Origin: an uncultured Candidatus Saccharibacteria bacterium | GTDB taxonomy: Bacteria > Patescibacteriota > Minisyncoccia > Phycocordibacterales > PALSA-1337 | Reading direction: 5' to 3' | Length of the DNA: 64,000 nt | Assembly: GCA_964565685.1 (NCBI GenBank) | Contig: CAZMFR010000001.1 | Coordinates: 36,376 to 100,375, forward strand | In this document: one piece after another, positions 1-10,511 of the stretch | Numbering within the stretch: position 1 is the first letter of the stretch | Layout: each line of letters begins with the position of its first letter | Notes under the pieces: model-generated | Seen by the model: only the letters and a program-made list of their open reading frames with translations | Told to the model about the DNA's origin: nothing | The model's database searches: none | Position numbers and translations under genes: made by a program

Positions 1-13
1 TTAACCTGATTAT

Positions 14-823
14 ATGAAAGAATACATCTTCCAACCAACGGGCATTTATTACCGGATAAACGAATTCCAAATACATCGCAGAACAATAATCTTCATCCAT
101 GGCTTGTCCGGTTGTTCTTCAGCATGGGAGCCATATGAAAGAGAATTCATGGACAAATACAACTTGCTCTGCATTGATCTAAGGGGGCATGGCTGCTCAC
201 GGAAATATCCGGAGGAAAAAGACTATATTGTGGAGCTCTTTGTCAAAGACATAGAGAGGATGGTCGCTCACCTTCAAATCAAAGAATTCATAGTTGTAAG
301 CCATTCATTCGGGAGCATTGTTTCCACCGGTCTCATAAAAAATAACCCGTCAAAAATAAAAGGCGCGGTATTCCTAGCGCCCGTTTTCGAGCCAAAACAT
401 TCCGTCCGCACAGAGACCACGCTCTTCCTGTCGGGGGTCATATCCTCTCTTGCCAAGATATTTCCGATATCGACAAAACCAGGCAAGCGCATTGATTACT
501 CTCGTTTCCTCCCCACAAGCGACTGGGACATGCAAAGGATATGGTTCGACATCGGCAATACCGGCGTTGCAATATACCTATTTTGCCTCAATACGCTCTA
601 TCGCTCGATGGATGATAATTTTTATAATAGACTGGATCTGCCCGTCATGATCATCCACGGCAAACGCGATTCGTACGTTTCTGTCGAGCATTCGATGCAA
701 GCGGCGAAAAAGATACCCGGAGCAAAGTTCGTCTCGCTTCCGAACGCTGATCACATGCTGATATTCAATTATCCGCAGGAAATCTCGAAAACAATGGCAA
801 TATTTTTTGACTCATTCTATTGA
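14..823 (+). CDS. alpha/beta fold hydrolase
   Basis: IFIHGL oxyanion motif, DLRGHG, nucleophile SHSFG, C-terminal HGKRD and DHM catalytic residues. Confidence 0.9.
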   Translation: MKEYIFQPTGIYYRINEFQIHRRTIIFIHGLSGCSSAWEPYEREFMDKYNLLCIDLRGHGCSRKYPEEKDYIVELFVKDIERMVAHLQIKEFIVVSHSFGSIVSTGLIKNNPSKIKGAVFLAPVFEPKHSVRTETTLFLSGVISSLAKIFPISTKPGKRIDYSRFLPTSDWDMQRIWFDIGNTGVAIYLFCLNTLYRSMDDNFYNRLDLPVMIIHGKRDSYVSVEHSMQAAKKIPGAKFVSLPNADHMLIFNYPQEISKTMAIFFDSFY

Positions 824-1522
824 CAGCTTTTTGCTGCTTGAAAAAATAACCTTGATGAAATTGAAGAGATATTTTATTTGGATCTTCATAAAACCCTCTC
901 TCTTGAACCGCCTCGCGGAAGTCGGTATGATCAGATTTGGGTCAAACACGACTCTGCCTAATTTAGAAAGATTTTTTGCTGTATCAGTATCATCGCCATA
1001 AAAAATGAATCTCGTATCAAACCCGCCGACAGCATTTATTGAAACAGCGCGCATGAAGCTGTTCCCCCCTATCATGACTGCGCCGATCCGGAATAATTGC
1101 AGGATAGAATTTGTCAGGCGATATATATATTTTTGAAAATAGAGAGAAAGATATCTGGAAAAACTGCCTCCGTCGAAATAATCGTATGGACCAGTCACAG
1201 CCACTGTTTTCTCGTCCAAAAAATGTACAGCCCCCATAGACAGCCAGTCTCTGTGAGGCACGCAATCAGCATCCATCCTCACTATTATCTCTCCATTGGC
1301 CTCTTTTAGTCCCCTTTCGCAAGCCCACATTGTTCCCCTTCGGCTTTCATGCAGGACTTTGACTTTTGCAAACGATCCTGCAATCTCCGAAGTCCGATCC
1401 GTGCTCCCATTGTCGACGACGATGACTTCAAAATCAGGATGATCTTGCGCCAAAATGGCTTCGAGGGTCTTGTCCAAATATTTTTCTTCATTAAAAGCCG
1501 GGATTATTACGGAAATTTTCAT
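812..1522 (-). CDS. glycosyltransferase family 2
   Basis: ISVIIPAFNEE, VVDNGSTD, DADC motifs. Confidence 0.92.
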   Translation of the reverse strand: MKISVIIPAFNEEKYLDKTLEAILAQDHPDFEVIVVDNGSTDRTSEIAGSFAKVKVLHESRRGTMWACERGLKEANGEIIVRMDADCVPHRDWLSMGAVHFLDEKTVAVTGPYDYFDGGSFSRYLSLYFQKYIYRLTNSILQLFRIGAVMIGGNSFMRAVSINAVGGFDTRFIFYGDDTDTAKNLSKLGRVVFDPNLIIPTSARRFKREGFMKIQIKYLFNFIKVIFSSSKKLSIE

Positions 1523-2130
1523 TTGTTTAGATAATTAGTGATAAAACGCTTGCCTAAATATTTGCCGAGGCCGAACATCAGCAAAAAAACTATCCCCGAC
1601 ATCGCTATAATCGACAATAGATCCAATTTTGCGCCTACGGCAGTATACAGGTTACCCAATCCAAAGCCAATCAAGAGCAAGCCGCCCGTCCAAAATATCT
1701 GACCAAAGCCATTTAGCGCCATATATCGGCGAAAAGGCACTTTTGAAAGGCCTGCAGTGAATAGAACGACTGGAGCAAAGCCGAGACCTGTGGTGAGTTT
1801 TGATACGAATAATATGGAATCATGATATTTGCTGAACACTTTTTGCACCGTCTCTACTTTTTTTATATTTATACTGAAATATCTTCCAAAACGGTTGATG
1901 AAAGAATAGCCCCAACGGCGACCGAGGAAATACCAAATGACATCGCCAGAAAGATCGCCTGTCATTACGCATAGATATGCCGGAATAAAATAAAGCGCTC
2001 CGGCCTTCAACAGAAAGCCGCAAATCAGAGATATTATAGGACCTTCCACCAAAGTCAAGATGAATATGAGACCATACACGAGCACGTCGTGATTCGTGGC
2101 TATAGAGATTATCCACAAAATAGGATCCAT
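1519..2130 (-). CDS. DedA/VTT family membrane protein
   Basis: EGP motif, GDLSGDVIWYFLGR, AGLSKVPFRRY; start chosen at MDPILW (ORF track start 2235 probably too long). Confidence 0.85.
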   Translation of the reverse strand: MDPILWIISIATNHDVLVYGLIFILTLVEGPIISLICGFLLKAGALYFIPAYLCVMTGDLSGDVIWYFLGRRWGYSFINRFGRYFSINIKKVETVQKVFSKYHDSILFVSKLTTGLGFAPVVLFTAGLSKVPFRRYMALNGFGQIFWTGGLLLIGFGLGNLYTAVGAKLDLLSIIAMSGIVFLLMFGLGKYLGKRFITNYLNK

Positions 2131-2335
2131 GGTCATCATTCTACACCAAATCATCCACAAAACCAGGCAAATGCAGATTCGCACTAGGTACAATCCACGA
2201 CAAAATCGGCAAGCTGATGCCGATCTTGCAGTCAATCATATAAAGTTTTTAAAGTCATAAAGCCCGTAAATCCTACACAAATATTCTTGCGCCTGCTTTA
2301 CGAACCTTACAGACTTTTGACCTTATGGATTATCT

Positions 2336-2845
2336 CTATCTCGTCACCGAAATAATCGCGTCATTGGGCAGTATTTCTCCATCGCCGAAAATAGTTATAT
2401 GACCGCCAGTGTCTTTTGATACAAAATACCCTGTGTGATAACTTGACGTGCTCGTATATGAACCGTTCGTCGGATCATATGGCATTGACGATATATAATC
2501 TGGCACAAGACATGGTCCAAGATCGCCACCGTTGTTATTACCGCTCGAGATATCCGTAGTATTAGGATTAGGGCCATCGATAACATATGCACTGCCATTA
2601 CAGGTGAATACACCCTTGTGCTCGGCAATATTTTGATCGATCGCATCCAATATGGTAGCTACATTGGCTGAACGCTGGGTATCGCGCGCCAAAGCGAATT
2701 GATGGGCAGGATTTACGGCGACTATGACTACAGCCGCCAATATGGCGATGATGCCGATGACCACTAGCAATTCGATCAAGGTAAAGCCGTTGGTAAATGA
2801 CCTATATTGACGCCTACAAACAATGACAAAATGTTTCTCTTTCAT
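2336..2845 (-). CDS. type IV pilin-like protein
   Basis: class III signal G/FTLIELLVVIGIIAILAA; ARDTQR and YISSMPYDP typical of CPR pilins. Confidence 0.9.
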   Translation of the reverse strand: MKEKHFVIVCRRQYRSFTNGFTLIELLVVIGIIAILAAVVIVAVNPAHQFALARDTQRSANVATILDAIDQNIAEHKGVFTCNGSAYVIDGPNPNTTDISSGNNNGGDLGPCLVPDYISSMPYDPTNGSYTSTSSYHTGYFVSKDTGGHITIFGDGEILPNDAIISVTR

Positions 2846-3045
2846 ATTGTTTAAATATTAAAGCCGAAAGAATTCCGTAGAATCATAAAATCTCGAGATC
2901 AAAAGGGTGGATCCATGATGTAGAATTTATGATCCAAGAAAAAACGTATCCCGCATTTTTCTTGGATCTTTGATCTTAGATCCTGCCTTTGTATCCTCTG
3001 ACTTTAAAAAACGACGAATCTCCGGCCTTTGCTATTAATGCGATA

Positions 3046-3102
3046 ATTATAGAGAAAGGTTATTAAGAAAAGTTAAAAAAGTTCTAAAGAAAAGTTAAAA
3101 TC
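3046..3102 (-). promoter_or_regulatory. direct-repeat box plus -10 upstream of pilin
   Basis: 43-bp box 3060-3102 identical to the reverse complement of 31380-31422; TATAAT at 3046-3051, 8 nt downstream of the box. Confidence 0.75.
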
Positions 3103-3123
3103 ATACTAGACCTCGCGAGGTCA

Positions 3124-3762
3124 TTATGAGCTTATCCGCGTCTTTTCACCTTCATCCAAGTTGTGTCCAGTTATAAACCAAGTCTTCGGAGTCTCTATTA
3201 TTTTGCCTTCTTCGTCAACAATAGGCGTTTCCAGCATTTTACGGTTTGATTCGGACAATTCCGCAAATTCTTTTGTGCTTACAAAGCCCTTGAATGTTAT
3301 ATAACGTCCCGCCTTATCCTGAGAGACAGTCTCAAAGTCAACTTTTGGATCGCCCTCAATCTCTGCCAGCTTGTCGCACAATTTCCTGTAAAGAGTTATA
3401 TGATCTATCCTGCCTTCCCCGTAAAGAGCTTCCTTTGTCAGAGCATCTATCAGAACAAAAAATGCCCTCAATGCGCGCTGTTCGACGATATTGATATTGC
3501 TCGATTTTCCGTACAGATATACATGCTCTTCATCAAATGGAACGCCGAAAGACTCACAGACGTCCCTGCGCACGTCCTCGAACTCTTTTATCTCGGCACG
3601 AGCGTCAACCATACGCTTTTCATGGAGCTCTTTGTGAAGAACGGCATTTGGTTCGATAGATCTGACTTGTTTTTCCAAATGGTTTATTATCTTTAAAATC
3701 CCCTCATGATAATGGGTATTTTCATTTACTGGCGCCTGTTCGATTGAGAATTCTTTTGACAT
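3124..3762 (-). CDS. hypothetical protein
   Basis: 212-aa charged ORF, no recognised motif. Confidence 0.7.
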   Translation of the reverse strand: MSKEFSIEQAPVNENTHYHEGILKIINHLEKQVRSIEPNAVLHKELHEKRMVDARAEIKEFEDVRRDVCESFGVPFDEEHVYLYGKSSNINIVEQRALRAFFVLIDALTKEALYGEGRIDHITLYRKLCDKLAEIEGDPKVDFETVSQDKAGRYITFKGFVSTKEFAELSESNRKMLETPIVDEEGKIIETPKTWFITGHNLDEGEKTRISS

Positions 3763-3830
3763 GCAACAATCGTATCATATTTCTGCTTTATAGAGAAACA
3801 GGCGGTTTTTGTCCGAGATCCGATCTTGGA

Positions 3831-4055
3831 TTAATGATAATCCATCTTTCCGTTCAAAACCCTGTTCGCTTCCTCTAACGCCTCGTCAGGAGTCATCTCA
3901 TTCTTGTCCATACTCATTAGTATCTCATTGAGCAGGCCGAATTCGCTGTCGTTCGCGCCCATTACGGCCACTCTCTGGCGCACTTCTTCAATGCGCATGC
4001 GCGCTTCGTTTTTGGACATTGATGGTGTTTCAGTTTGATTCAAAAAGCGTTCCAT
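3831..4055 (-). CDS. small hypothetical protein
   Basis: 74-aa helical ORF starting 2 nt after the ATPase stop. Confidence 0.7.
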   Translation of the reverse strand: MERFLNQTETPSMSKNEARMRIEEVRQRVAVMGANDSEFGLLNEILMSMDKNEMTPDEALEEANRVLNGKMDYH

Positions 4056-4057
4056 AG

Positions 4058-6832
4058 TTATTTCCTATACTTCTCCGCAATCTGCGCCTCGATCTCTGCG
4101 CGATCCTTGCCATAAGTCAGATATGACAGCTCTTTCAGCTTGCCCGCGACATCCGCATCGCCTTTGGGGATATTCGGAACGGCGATGTTGAACGGTTTGA
4201 CGGGAACGCCTTTGGCCAAAAGTTTGACGTAACAGTTGTAATTGTCGATATTCAAAATGTCTTTTTGGGTAAAAGCCGGTTCGAATTGTTTTGCCAGAAA
4301 TTCGGCATCCTCGACTCCGACACGATAGACTGCCATAGAGCCGACATTGCCGAAGACGGCGTTCTTGATCTTTTCATCGAGCTGTTTGATGAATTGATGG
4401 GCGATGTTTAGCGACAGCTTGTATTTGCGCGCTTCGGACAGGATAGTGGCAATAGAATCAGTGGTTATATTCTGGAATTCGTCGATATACAGATAAAATG
4501 GCGGCAGGTTTTTGCCGAGCGAGTCGACGCGCGACAGAGCCGACATCAGGATCTTGCCGACAATGATCAGACCTATAAGATTGGCGTTTATGTCGCCGAG
4601 CCGGCCTTTTGATAGATTGACAAGCAAAATCTTCTTGTTATCCATTATGTCGCGAATATTGAATGTAGATTTTTCCTGTGCGATTACAGGACGCATGATG
4701 TCGTTGGCCAAGAAATTATCGAACTTTGACACGATATATGGAACGATATTAGCCAGAGATGCTTCGCCTCCGGCTTTGTCGGCTACTTCGCGCCAGAATT
4801 GGATTACGAGAGGGTTTTTACAAGTTGCCAGCTTGGACTCGCGGAATTGCTTGTTCGAGAGCACGCGCGAGACGTCGACCAGGGTGTTGTTCGATGACGG
4901 GTCGTCTATGGTAAGGAGGACCGCGTTGCGGAAATATTGTTCGAACATCGGGCCGCCGGCAGTTTTCATGTCGAAGAGCTTGTTAAAGATAGAGAGCATC
5001 TCATTGACCACAAATGTTTTCTGCTCCGGATAGCGCGTATCATATTCGAGCATGTTCAGAGCCATCGGTCGCGCCGTGTACGCCGGGTCGAAATAAATGA
5101 CGTCTTCAAAACGATCTTGTGGGACCAGGGCAAGTATATCTTCGACGTCAGAGCCATGCGGATCGATGAAGCAAAGGCCGTTCCCTTTTTGCATATCCTG
5201 AACGATCATATCCTTTAGCAAAGTCGTCTTGCCTGTGCCTGTCTGTCCGATGACATAAAAATGGCGCAGACGGTCATCGTCAGTCGTATAAACTTTTGTC
5301 TCTCGTCCGCGATCCGTATTGGTGCCGAGAAATGTCCCCATCTGCGGCAAATCCATAGGCGCAGGAGCCGTACCGGATTTCGTCAGCTTGACCTGAGAGG
5401 TCGAAACCTTGCCCGCTACCGGCAAATGCATGACTGTCGTGAGCTCACGCAAAGAAAGCGGGCAATCGCAGCTGTCATCGAATCTGCGATAGGTGAAGTC
5501 GTCTAGTTCTTTTTCCAACTTGCCTCTCGTCACACGAACGAATTCAAAGCAGTTCCCTTGGATATTTTCGAATTGGTTAAAGGAGGCCTCCAGATCAGAC
5601 AGAATGGCATTAGCTTTTGCTTCGCTTTCTGCAGAAGCGATGATACGGATATTTGTCGAGAGCACCGGCGACAAGAGCTTGTTTTGAATCTCCTTCATGC
5701 CGAGCTCGTCTTCAGGCCGATGGCCTTTCTGCGCCTTCTTCTCTTCTTTTTTCTTTTCCTTTTCCTCTTTGCTCGTCGTGACGCTTTCAAGCGCGCTTAC
5801 AAACCCAGAAGCAAAACCCTTTAGCGCTTTGTGTCCAAGAGAATACGCGATATCGATCGCCTCTGACAATTTTTCGCCCTTTTGGATCTTCTCTAATGCC
5901 TTCTTGTATTTTCCGGTATAGAAATCACCGACAGGACTAAAGACGATCTGGATCGACGCGCCTTCGCCATCGCGGTCTATCTTTGAAAAGCTGTTCAGAA
6001 GAGAATTGATCGGATCATGGTCGAACTGCTCGTATGTCTTTATCGGGAAGATATGATTCTTTTTTTGTTTGGCGCGAGACGCTACGGAGGCGCCGTTCTC
6101 ATTGAAGATATTGTAGTCGTTCTTGCATTCGTTCACTTTTGCATCTGGCAATATTGAAAGGATCTGCTTTTCAAATAGATTGCGTTTTTCATCCGGCACT
6201 GCGGCATAGAAAACAAAGTCGTCGCTGTGATTCGCTACTGCTATCTCGAAGACAAATCTGTTTTTACCGTCATCGCCTCCAGCACACATGCCTGCATAGA
6301 ATTGCTCCATCGACGAGAGGATCTCCTTCAACGGCTTTTGGGGATTGTCTTTCTTTTCATTTTCCGGCACCAGTATCTCGAATAGAGACATGTTCAGTTC
6401 CCTCCAAAGCGGGCTCTTCTCCTTTAATCCGCCGATGACAAAACCGGATTTCAGATATTGCACGAGCAGACGATGAAAGTCGGCAGAGATGTGCGGATTG
6501 TCCATTTTATCCACGATTGAAAGGGTGGCGTGTATGCCTTTTGTCTCGAGCATGCCGAGAAGCTCGTTCATCTTTGCATCATGCTGTTCCGGCGCGAGAT
6601 CTAGGACGATGGCCTCCATTTCCTGAGTAGGCACTATATATTTTTCCGCTAGCACTTCGCCCGGCTTTTTCTCGGCATATTTCAACACCTCCTCGCGCGC
6701 AACATGCTCGACAGACGCATCTGGAGTCCTTTCGAGGATCTCTTTCTCCTTTTTCGCGATCATCTCGCGCAGATACGATATCTCCTCTTGCGGATTCTGG
6801 AATTTTTCTGGCTGACCAATTAGATTCTCCAT
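4058..6832 (-). CDS. VirD4/TraD-like (HerA/FtsK superfamily) coupling-protein ATPase, CPR type
   Basis: RLRHFYVIGQTGTGKT Walker A, IDPHG, LYIDEFQN Walker B, SEARKY, AHQF. Confidence 0.88.
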   Translation of the reverse strand: MENLIGQPEKFQNPQEEISYLREMIAKKEKEILERTPDASVEHVAREEVLKYAEKKPGEVLAEKYIVPTQEMEAIVLDLAPEQHDAKMNELLGMLETKGIHATLSIVDKMDNPHISADFHRLLVQYLKSGFVIGGLKEKSPLWRELNMSLFEILVPENEKKDNPQKPLKEILSSMEQFYAGMCAGGDDGKNRFVFEIAVANHSDDFVFYAAVPDEKRNLFEKQILSILPDAKVNECKNDYNIFNENGASVASRAKQKKNHIFPIKTYEQFDHDPINSLLNSFSKIDRDGEGASIQIVFSPVGDFYTGKYKKALEKIQKGEKLSEAIDIAYSLGHKALKGFASGFVSALESVTTSKEEKEKKKEEKKAQKGHRPEDELGMKEIQNKLLSPVLSTNIRIIASAESEAKANAILSDLEASFNQFENIQGNCFEFVRVTRGKLEKELDDFTYRRFDDSCDCPLSLRELTTVMHLPVAGKVSTSQVKLTKSGTAPAPMDLPQMGTFLGTNTDRGRETKVYTTDDDRLRHFYVIGQTGTGKTTLLKDMIVQDMQKGNGLCFIDPHGSDVEDILALVPQDRFEDVIYFDPAYTARPMALNMLEYDTRYPEQKTFVVNEMLSIFNKLFDMKTAGGPMFEQYFRNAVLLTIDDPSSNNTLVDVSRVLSNKQFRESKLATCKNPLVIQFWREVADKAGGEASLANIVPYIVSKFDNFLANDIMRPVIAQEKSTFNIRDIMDNKKILLVNLSKGRLGDINANLIGLIIVGKILMSALSRVDSLGKNLPPFYLYIDEFQNITTDSIATILSEARKYKLSLNIAHQFIKQLDEKIKNAVFGNVGSMAVYRVGVEDAEFLAKQFEPAFTQKDILNIDNYNCYVKLLAKGVPVKPFNIAVPNIPKGDADVAGKLKELSYLTYGKDRAEIEAQIAEKYRK

Positions 6833-7062
6833 GAGGATATTATAACAGAAATATTAATAATTATTTCAAGTCGTAAAGGACGGGAGGTGCATCCTTGTCA
6901 TACACGGGTATACATATATACGTTCCTGACGTGACCATGCGAAACACTATCTATTTCATGTGCGATAACAGAAGATTTCAAAGAGGTCCGGCAGTGGATA
7001 TATTTTATCGACATTTTCCTCCTTTAAGTGCGATTCTTTGAAATCTTTTTTGTATTCTTTAT

Positions 7063-7500
7063 TCATAAATTTTCCTCCGTCACCAGATCAATCGACCTGC
7101 CATTATCAATCGCTGTTGCGGAGACATGCTCCGTGACGTCGTCTTCATAACCAGACGCGGAAATAAAGATACTTTGGCCGCTTCGGCCGGCGGAAATGAT
7201 GGTGCAAGAAAAATCCGGCACGCTCTGATTTTTGGCAGCGTAAAAATAATCGTGGGCAAAAGCTAGAATGGCGACCGACACGCAAGATTTTGCGTTCAGA
7301 GTCGCCTGCATCCGATGCTCGCGGCGAGATACTGTGTCTTCGTAGCTTGAAGCCGCGCTAAAAGCGCCGAGGGAACCGAGCAGAATCATGATCATGACAG
7401 ACATGACGAGAAAGACGGCGACAAAGCCGCCAGAAGAAAAGATCGAAATATTATTCGTATCTTTCTTTTTTTCATTTTTAAAAATTATTCTCATACGCAT
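7063..7500 (-). CDS. minor pilin/PilX-like protein
   Basis: GG/FVAVFLVMSV hydrophobic N-terminal segment, QATLNAKSC, position in pilus cluster. Confidence 0.6.
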   Translation of the reverse strand: MRMRIIFKNEKKKDTNNISIFSSGGFVAVFLVMSVMIMILLGSLGAFSAASSYEDTVSRREHRMQATLNAKSCVSVAILAFAHDYFYAAKNQSVPDFSCTIISAGRSGQSIFISASGYEDDVTEHVSATAIDNGRSIDLVTEENL

Positions 7501-7687
7501 TTATTACGTCATCGGCAGTCGTTCGATTTTCAATGGCCGATGAATATGACAAAGGGATCAAGACTGTAACGATCATGGAAAAGATAGCCAAATATATTAT
7601 CACTTCGATCAGAGTGAAGCTGGAATGGATATCATCACCTTTTCGGCCAGACACGAAATTTTTCATTTTGATTTTTAATGTTTTCAT
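7478..7687 (-). CDS. very short prepilin-type protein (possibly truncated)
   Basis: SS/FTLIEVIIYLAIFSMIV; only 69 aa; Gly(-1) replaced by Ser. Confidence 0.6.
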   Translation of the reverse strand: MKTLKIKMKNFVSGRKGDDIHSSFTLIEVIIYLAIFSMIVTVLIPLSYSSAIENRTTADDVINAYENNF

Positions 7688-7693
7688 TTTCTA

Positions 7694-9094
7694 TTATTCG
7701 TGAAAATCTTTGATCGAAGCAATAGATGGACTATCGTTCGACGAGTTGTTGCTAACCACATAGATATCCCCCCAGTCGCATGACATGGCTGCAGGGACTC
7801 CTAGAATGCTATAAGCCGCGCTCGTCGTGCCGAGTCCGTCGTCAGAGCGGAATTGACCGCTTGTCCGATGGGTCAAGACGAGAAAAACTGGAGAACGAGA
7901 AATGACGCCATAGATGCCGCCCGGCTCATCGAACGAACTTCGCTCTGTAATGGCGACGTTTGAAACCATATCCGAAGCGTCATAAAGTATAAATTCTGGA
8001 TTTGCCGTATTGTTATAGCCGCCAGTATCGCGGCCGAGGATTAGCTCCCCTTCGAATAGATCGAGCGTTCGACCGCTTTGCGTTTGCCAACCAGATGGAG
8101 CCAAGGTTTCAAGAAGAACTGAATCTGTTGGATCTGAAACATCAAAGATCATGAGTTGATTGGCGCCAGTGCCGGCAACATATGCCCGCGTGCCATCGAC
8201 GAAGATCTTCTCCACCTTGTTCCCTATTTCATATCTGCCTGCCAATATCGGATGCGCAGGATCCGCCACATTCCAGACGGTAAATTCCGGGCTATCGCCT
8301 TTTTCCGTGCCGAGGTAGACAAAACCTTTGTCATAAAATATCGCCGAACCGTTTGGCGCCGTCGACGAGGCGATATCCATGGGCACTTTTGCCTGTGAAA
8401 TAATCATGGGATGCGAACGATCATGGATATCTATTATTTGGAGCTGGTCGATCGAACCTTTGTTTGACGCAAAAATATAAGGTCCGGCGACAGTCAAAGC
8501 GGCTAGGCCAGGGCCTGTATTCAAAGAAGAAACAAATTTTGGATCTGCCGCATCGTTCATGTCAAAAATGAATAGATCTGGATCGGTGGAACTGCTCGAA
8601 TCTGTCGAGATATAGGCAAAGCCGTCCTTGACCGAAAGGTCAGTGACCGAATTTGAAGGAGAGATCGGAAGAGCGGCGCTCGTCGACGAATAAGTATTAT
8701 TTGAAAAGCTTAAGGTCGGCGGGCACGTATCCTTGCCATAAGCCGAGAACGTATCTGGTTCAAGAATATTAAAAGAAATCGAAGAACTTCCAAACACGCT
8801 CGATGAAGCAGAGGTCGAAAGCACGGAAGATGTTGAAGCAGAAAAAGTAGCGATATCAGCATCGTTTCCGTAATCGGCATGAGCGAATTGCGGATCGAAA
8901 TTTGACAGATCAGCGACCGAGAGCGCGGCTTGATCCAAAAGTGTTTCTTTGTCTCGCGCTTCTTCGAACATCCTCCTCGAACCGAACGAAAGAGCTATGG
9001 TAGAAAAGATGCATATAGAAAACAAGGCGAGCGCGATTATCGCTTCGAGGATGAGAAAGCCCGGACATGAGCTGTTTTTTGTATAATTTTTCAT
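7694..9094 (-). CDS. pilin-leader protein with LVIVD-like beta-propeller repeats
   Basis: PG/FLILEAIIALALF leader; repeated IFDMNDAADP, IIDIHDRSHP, WNVADPAHP, IFDVSDPTDS; start uncertain (ORF track start 9184). Confidence 0.75.
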   Translation of the reverse strand: MKNYTKNSSCPGFLILEAIIALALFSICIFSTIALSFGSRRMFEEARDKETLLDQAALSVADLSNFDPQFAHADYGNDADIATFSASTSSVLSTSASSSVFGSSSISFNILEPDTFSAYGKDTCPPTLSFSNNTYSSTSAALPISPSNSVTDLSVKDGFAYISTDSSSSTDPDLFIFDMNDAADPKFVSSLNTGPGLAALTVAGPYIFASNKGSIDQLQIIDIHDRSHPMIISQAKVPMDIASSTAPNGSAIFYDKGFVYLGTEKGDSPEFTVWNVADPAHPILAGRYEIGNKVEKIFVDGTRAYVAGTGANQLMIFDVSDPTDSVLLETLAPSGWQTQSGRTLDLFEGELILGRDTGGYNNTANPEFILYDASDMVSNVAITERSSFDEPGGIYGVISRSPVFLVLTHRTSGQFRSDDGLGTTSAAYSILGVPAAMSCDWGDIYVVSNNSSNDSPSIASIKDFHE

Positions 9095-9266
9095 ATTTTT
9101 AAAGATATTGTCATTACTACGCATTTTGGCAGATACTATCTTCCTCGGGTACGCGTATCTTGTGCTGAAAATCCGTTCCATCATCGAGCCAAACTCTGCA
9201 GATCCCCATCTGAAGATGTACTTGCCTCCATGTTTAGATTTTCAAGTTCTACTTTTTTCGGCCTCT

Positions 9267-10343
9267 TTATCCTGATAAATGCTGTGAGATCCCGTAAATA
9301 GGCAGAACAATAGATAGAGCCGCGGCGCCGACGATGATCCCGACCGCTATCAATAGAGCTGGCTCGATCAGTTTTAAAAGACCAGCCAAACCAGTCGCGA
9401 GTTCGCTGGCATAATAACGGCTCATTTGCGCTAGGATCGATTCCATATTCCCTGTGCGCTCGCCTATCGCTATGCTATCGACTGCAAGCCCAGGAAAAAG
9501 CCGAGGAGAATTCCTTATGGCAGAAGAAAAATCAGACCCGATCCTCATCTCCTTTACTGCATTGGATAAAGCCCGCTCGTATGGGACAAATCCTATTGAA
9601 GCCGAAGATTCGGCTATGCTATCTATAAAAGGACAGCCAGCAGAGACAAGCGTGGAGACAGTATCGAATATCTCCGATAATATGTGTGTCTGAATGACGC
9701 GCCTCGCGATAGGAATGTACAAGATCAATTGATGGATGAGGTTTTTGAACCACATCGACCCCTTGTAGACAAAAGACAAGACGATGGCGATAGCGAACAA
9801 TCCTAGAAATATCTTCCACCAATCATTCGCCAGAAAATGCGATAGGGAGATAAAAAATATGGTGATCCATGGCAATGGCATGTGCAGACTCTCTATCGTC
9901 GGCATTATCTTTGGTATGATAAAAAAGACAAGAAAGGAGATTATGCCGGCCGAAGCCATAAAGATGATCGCTGGATATGTCATAGCCGATAGAAGGCCGC
10001 TCTTTACGGCACGGCTGCGCTCTATTCTGCCAGCCGCCGCTAGAAGCGATTCGGACAAAGTTCCGCTCCTTTCTCCAATGCGTGCGGCCAGGATCATCAT
10101 GCGAGAAAAGCCGAGCGGACAACCCGAAAGGGCCGACTCGAAGCTCATTCCATTGTTTAGTGAATTTTCGAGCATGGCTAACGAATCACAACGCCGCTTG
10201 CCGAAAGAGCGACGCATGATAGCGATCGATTCTGGTAGAGATAGAGACGCGCCTAGAAGCAGAGACAACCGCTCTGCAAAAATGCCTTGCTCTCTGTGGG
10301 ACAAGGGAGGGTTATTTAGTTTTTTTATAAGTTTTTTAAGCAT
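9267..10343 (-). CDS. pilC: type IV pilus/T2SS platform protein PilC/GspF
   Basis: IGERSGTL, MTYPAII, IGERTGNM, LIEPAL, VLPIY. Confidence 0.88.
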   Translation of the reverse strand: MLKKLIKKLNNPPLSHREQGIFAERLSLLLGASLSLPESIAIMRRSFGKRRCDSLAMLENSLNNGMSFESALSGCPLGFSRMMILAARIGERSGTLSESLLAAAGRIERSRAVKSGLLSAMTYPAIIFMASAGIISFLVFFIIPKIMPTIESLHMPLPWITIFFISLSHFLANDWWKIFLGLFAIAIVLSFVYKGSMWFKNLIHQLILYIPIARRVIQTHILSEIFDTVSTLVSAGCPFIDSIAESSASIGFVPYERALSNAVKEMRIGSDFSSAIRNSPRLFPGLAVDSIAIGERTGNMESILAQMSRYYASELATGLAGLLKLIEPALLIAVGIIVGAAALSIVLPIYGISQHLSG

Positions 10344-10511
10344 AGTTGTTAGAGCATCGAAGTCTGCAAAGTCCTTATCTGAAGAAAAACAAAGATGTTT
10401 TTGGAGATTTAGTTTCCATTTTGAGTGGATTTAAGATCCATGATCTAAGAATTCTTTTTTGCATTTTTCTTGAATTTTGAATCATAGATCTTGAATCTAT
10501 TCTCACGTTCT

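Noticed and set aside
4058-6832. Integrated conjugative element
   Set aside because: No relaxase, integrase, VirB genes or att repeats; composition resembles the backbone
6898-7047. 38-codon minus-strand sORF with AAGGAGG inside a 13-bp inverted repeat (6972-6984/7035-7047)
   Set aside because: Peptide is featureless and a competing 36-codon frame exists; insufficient support
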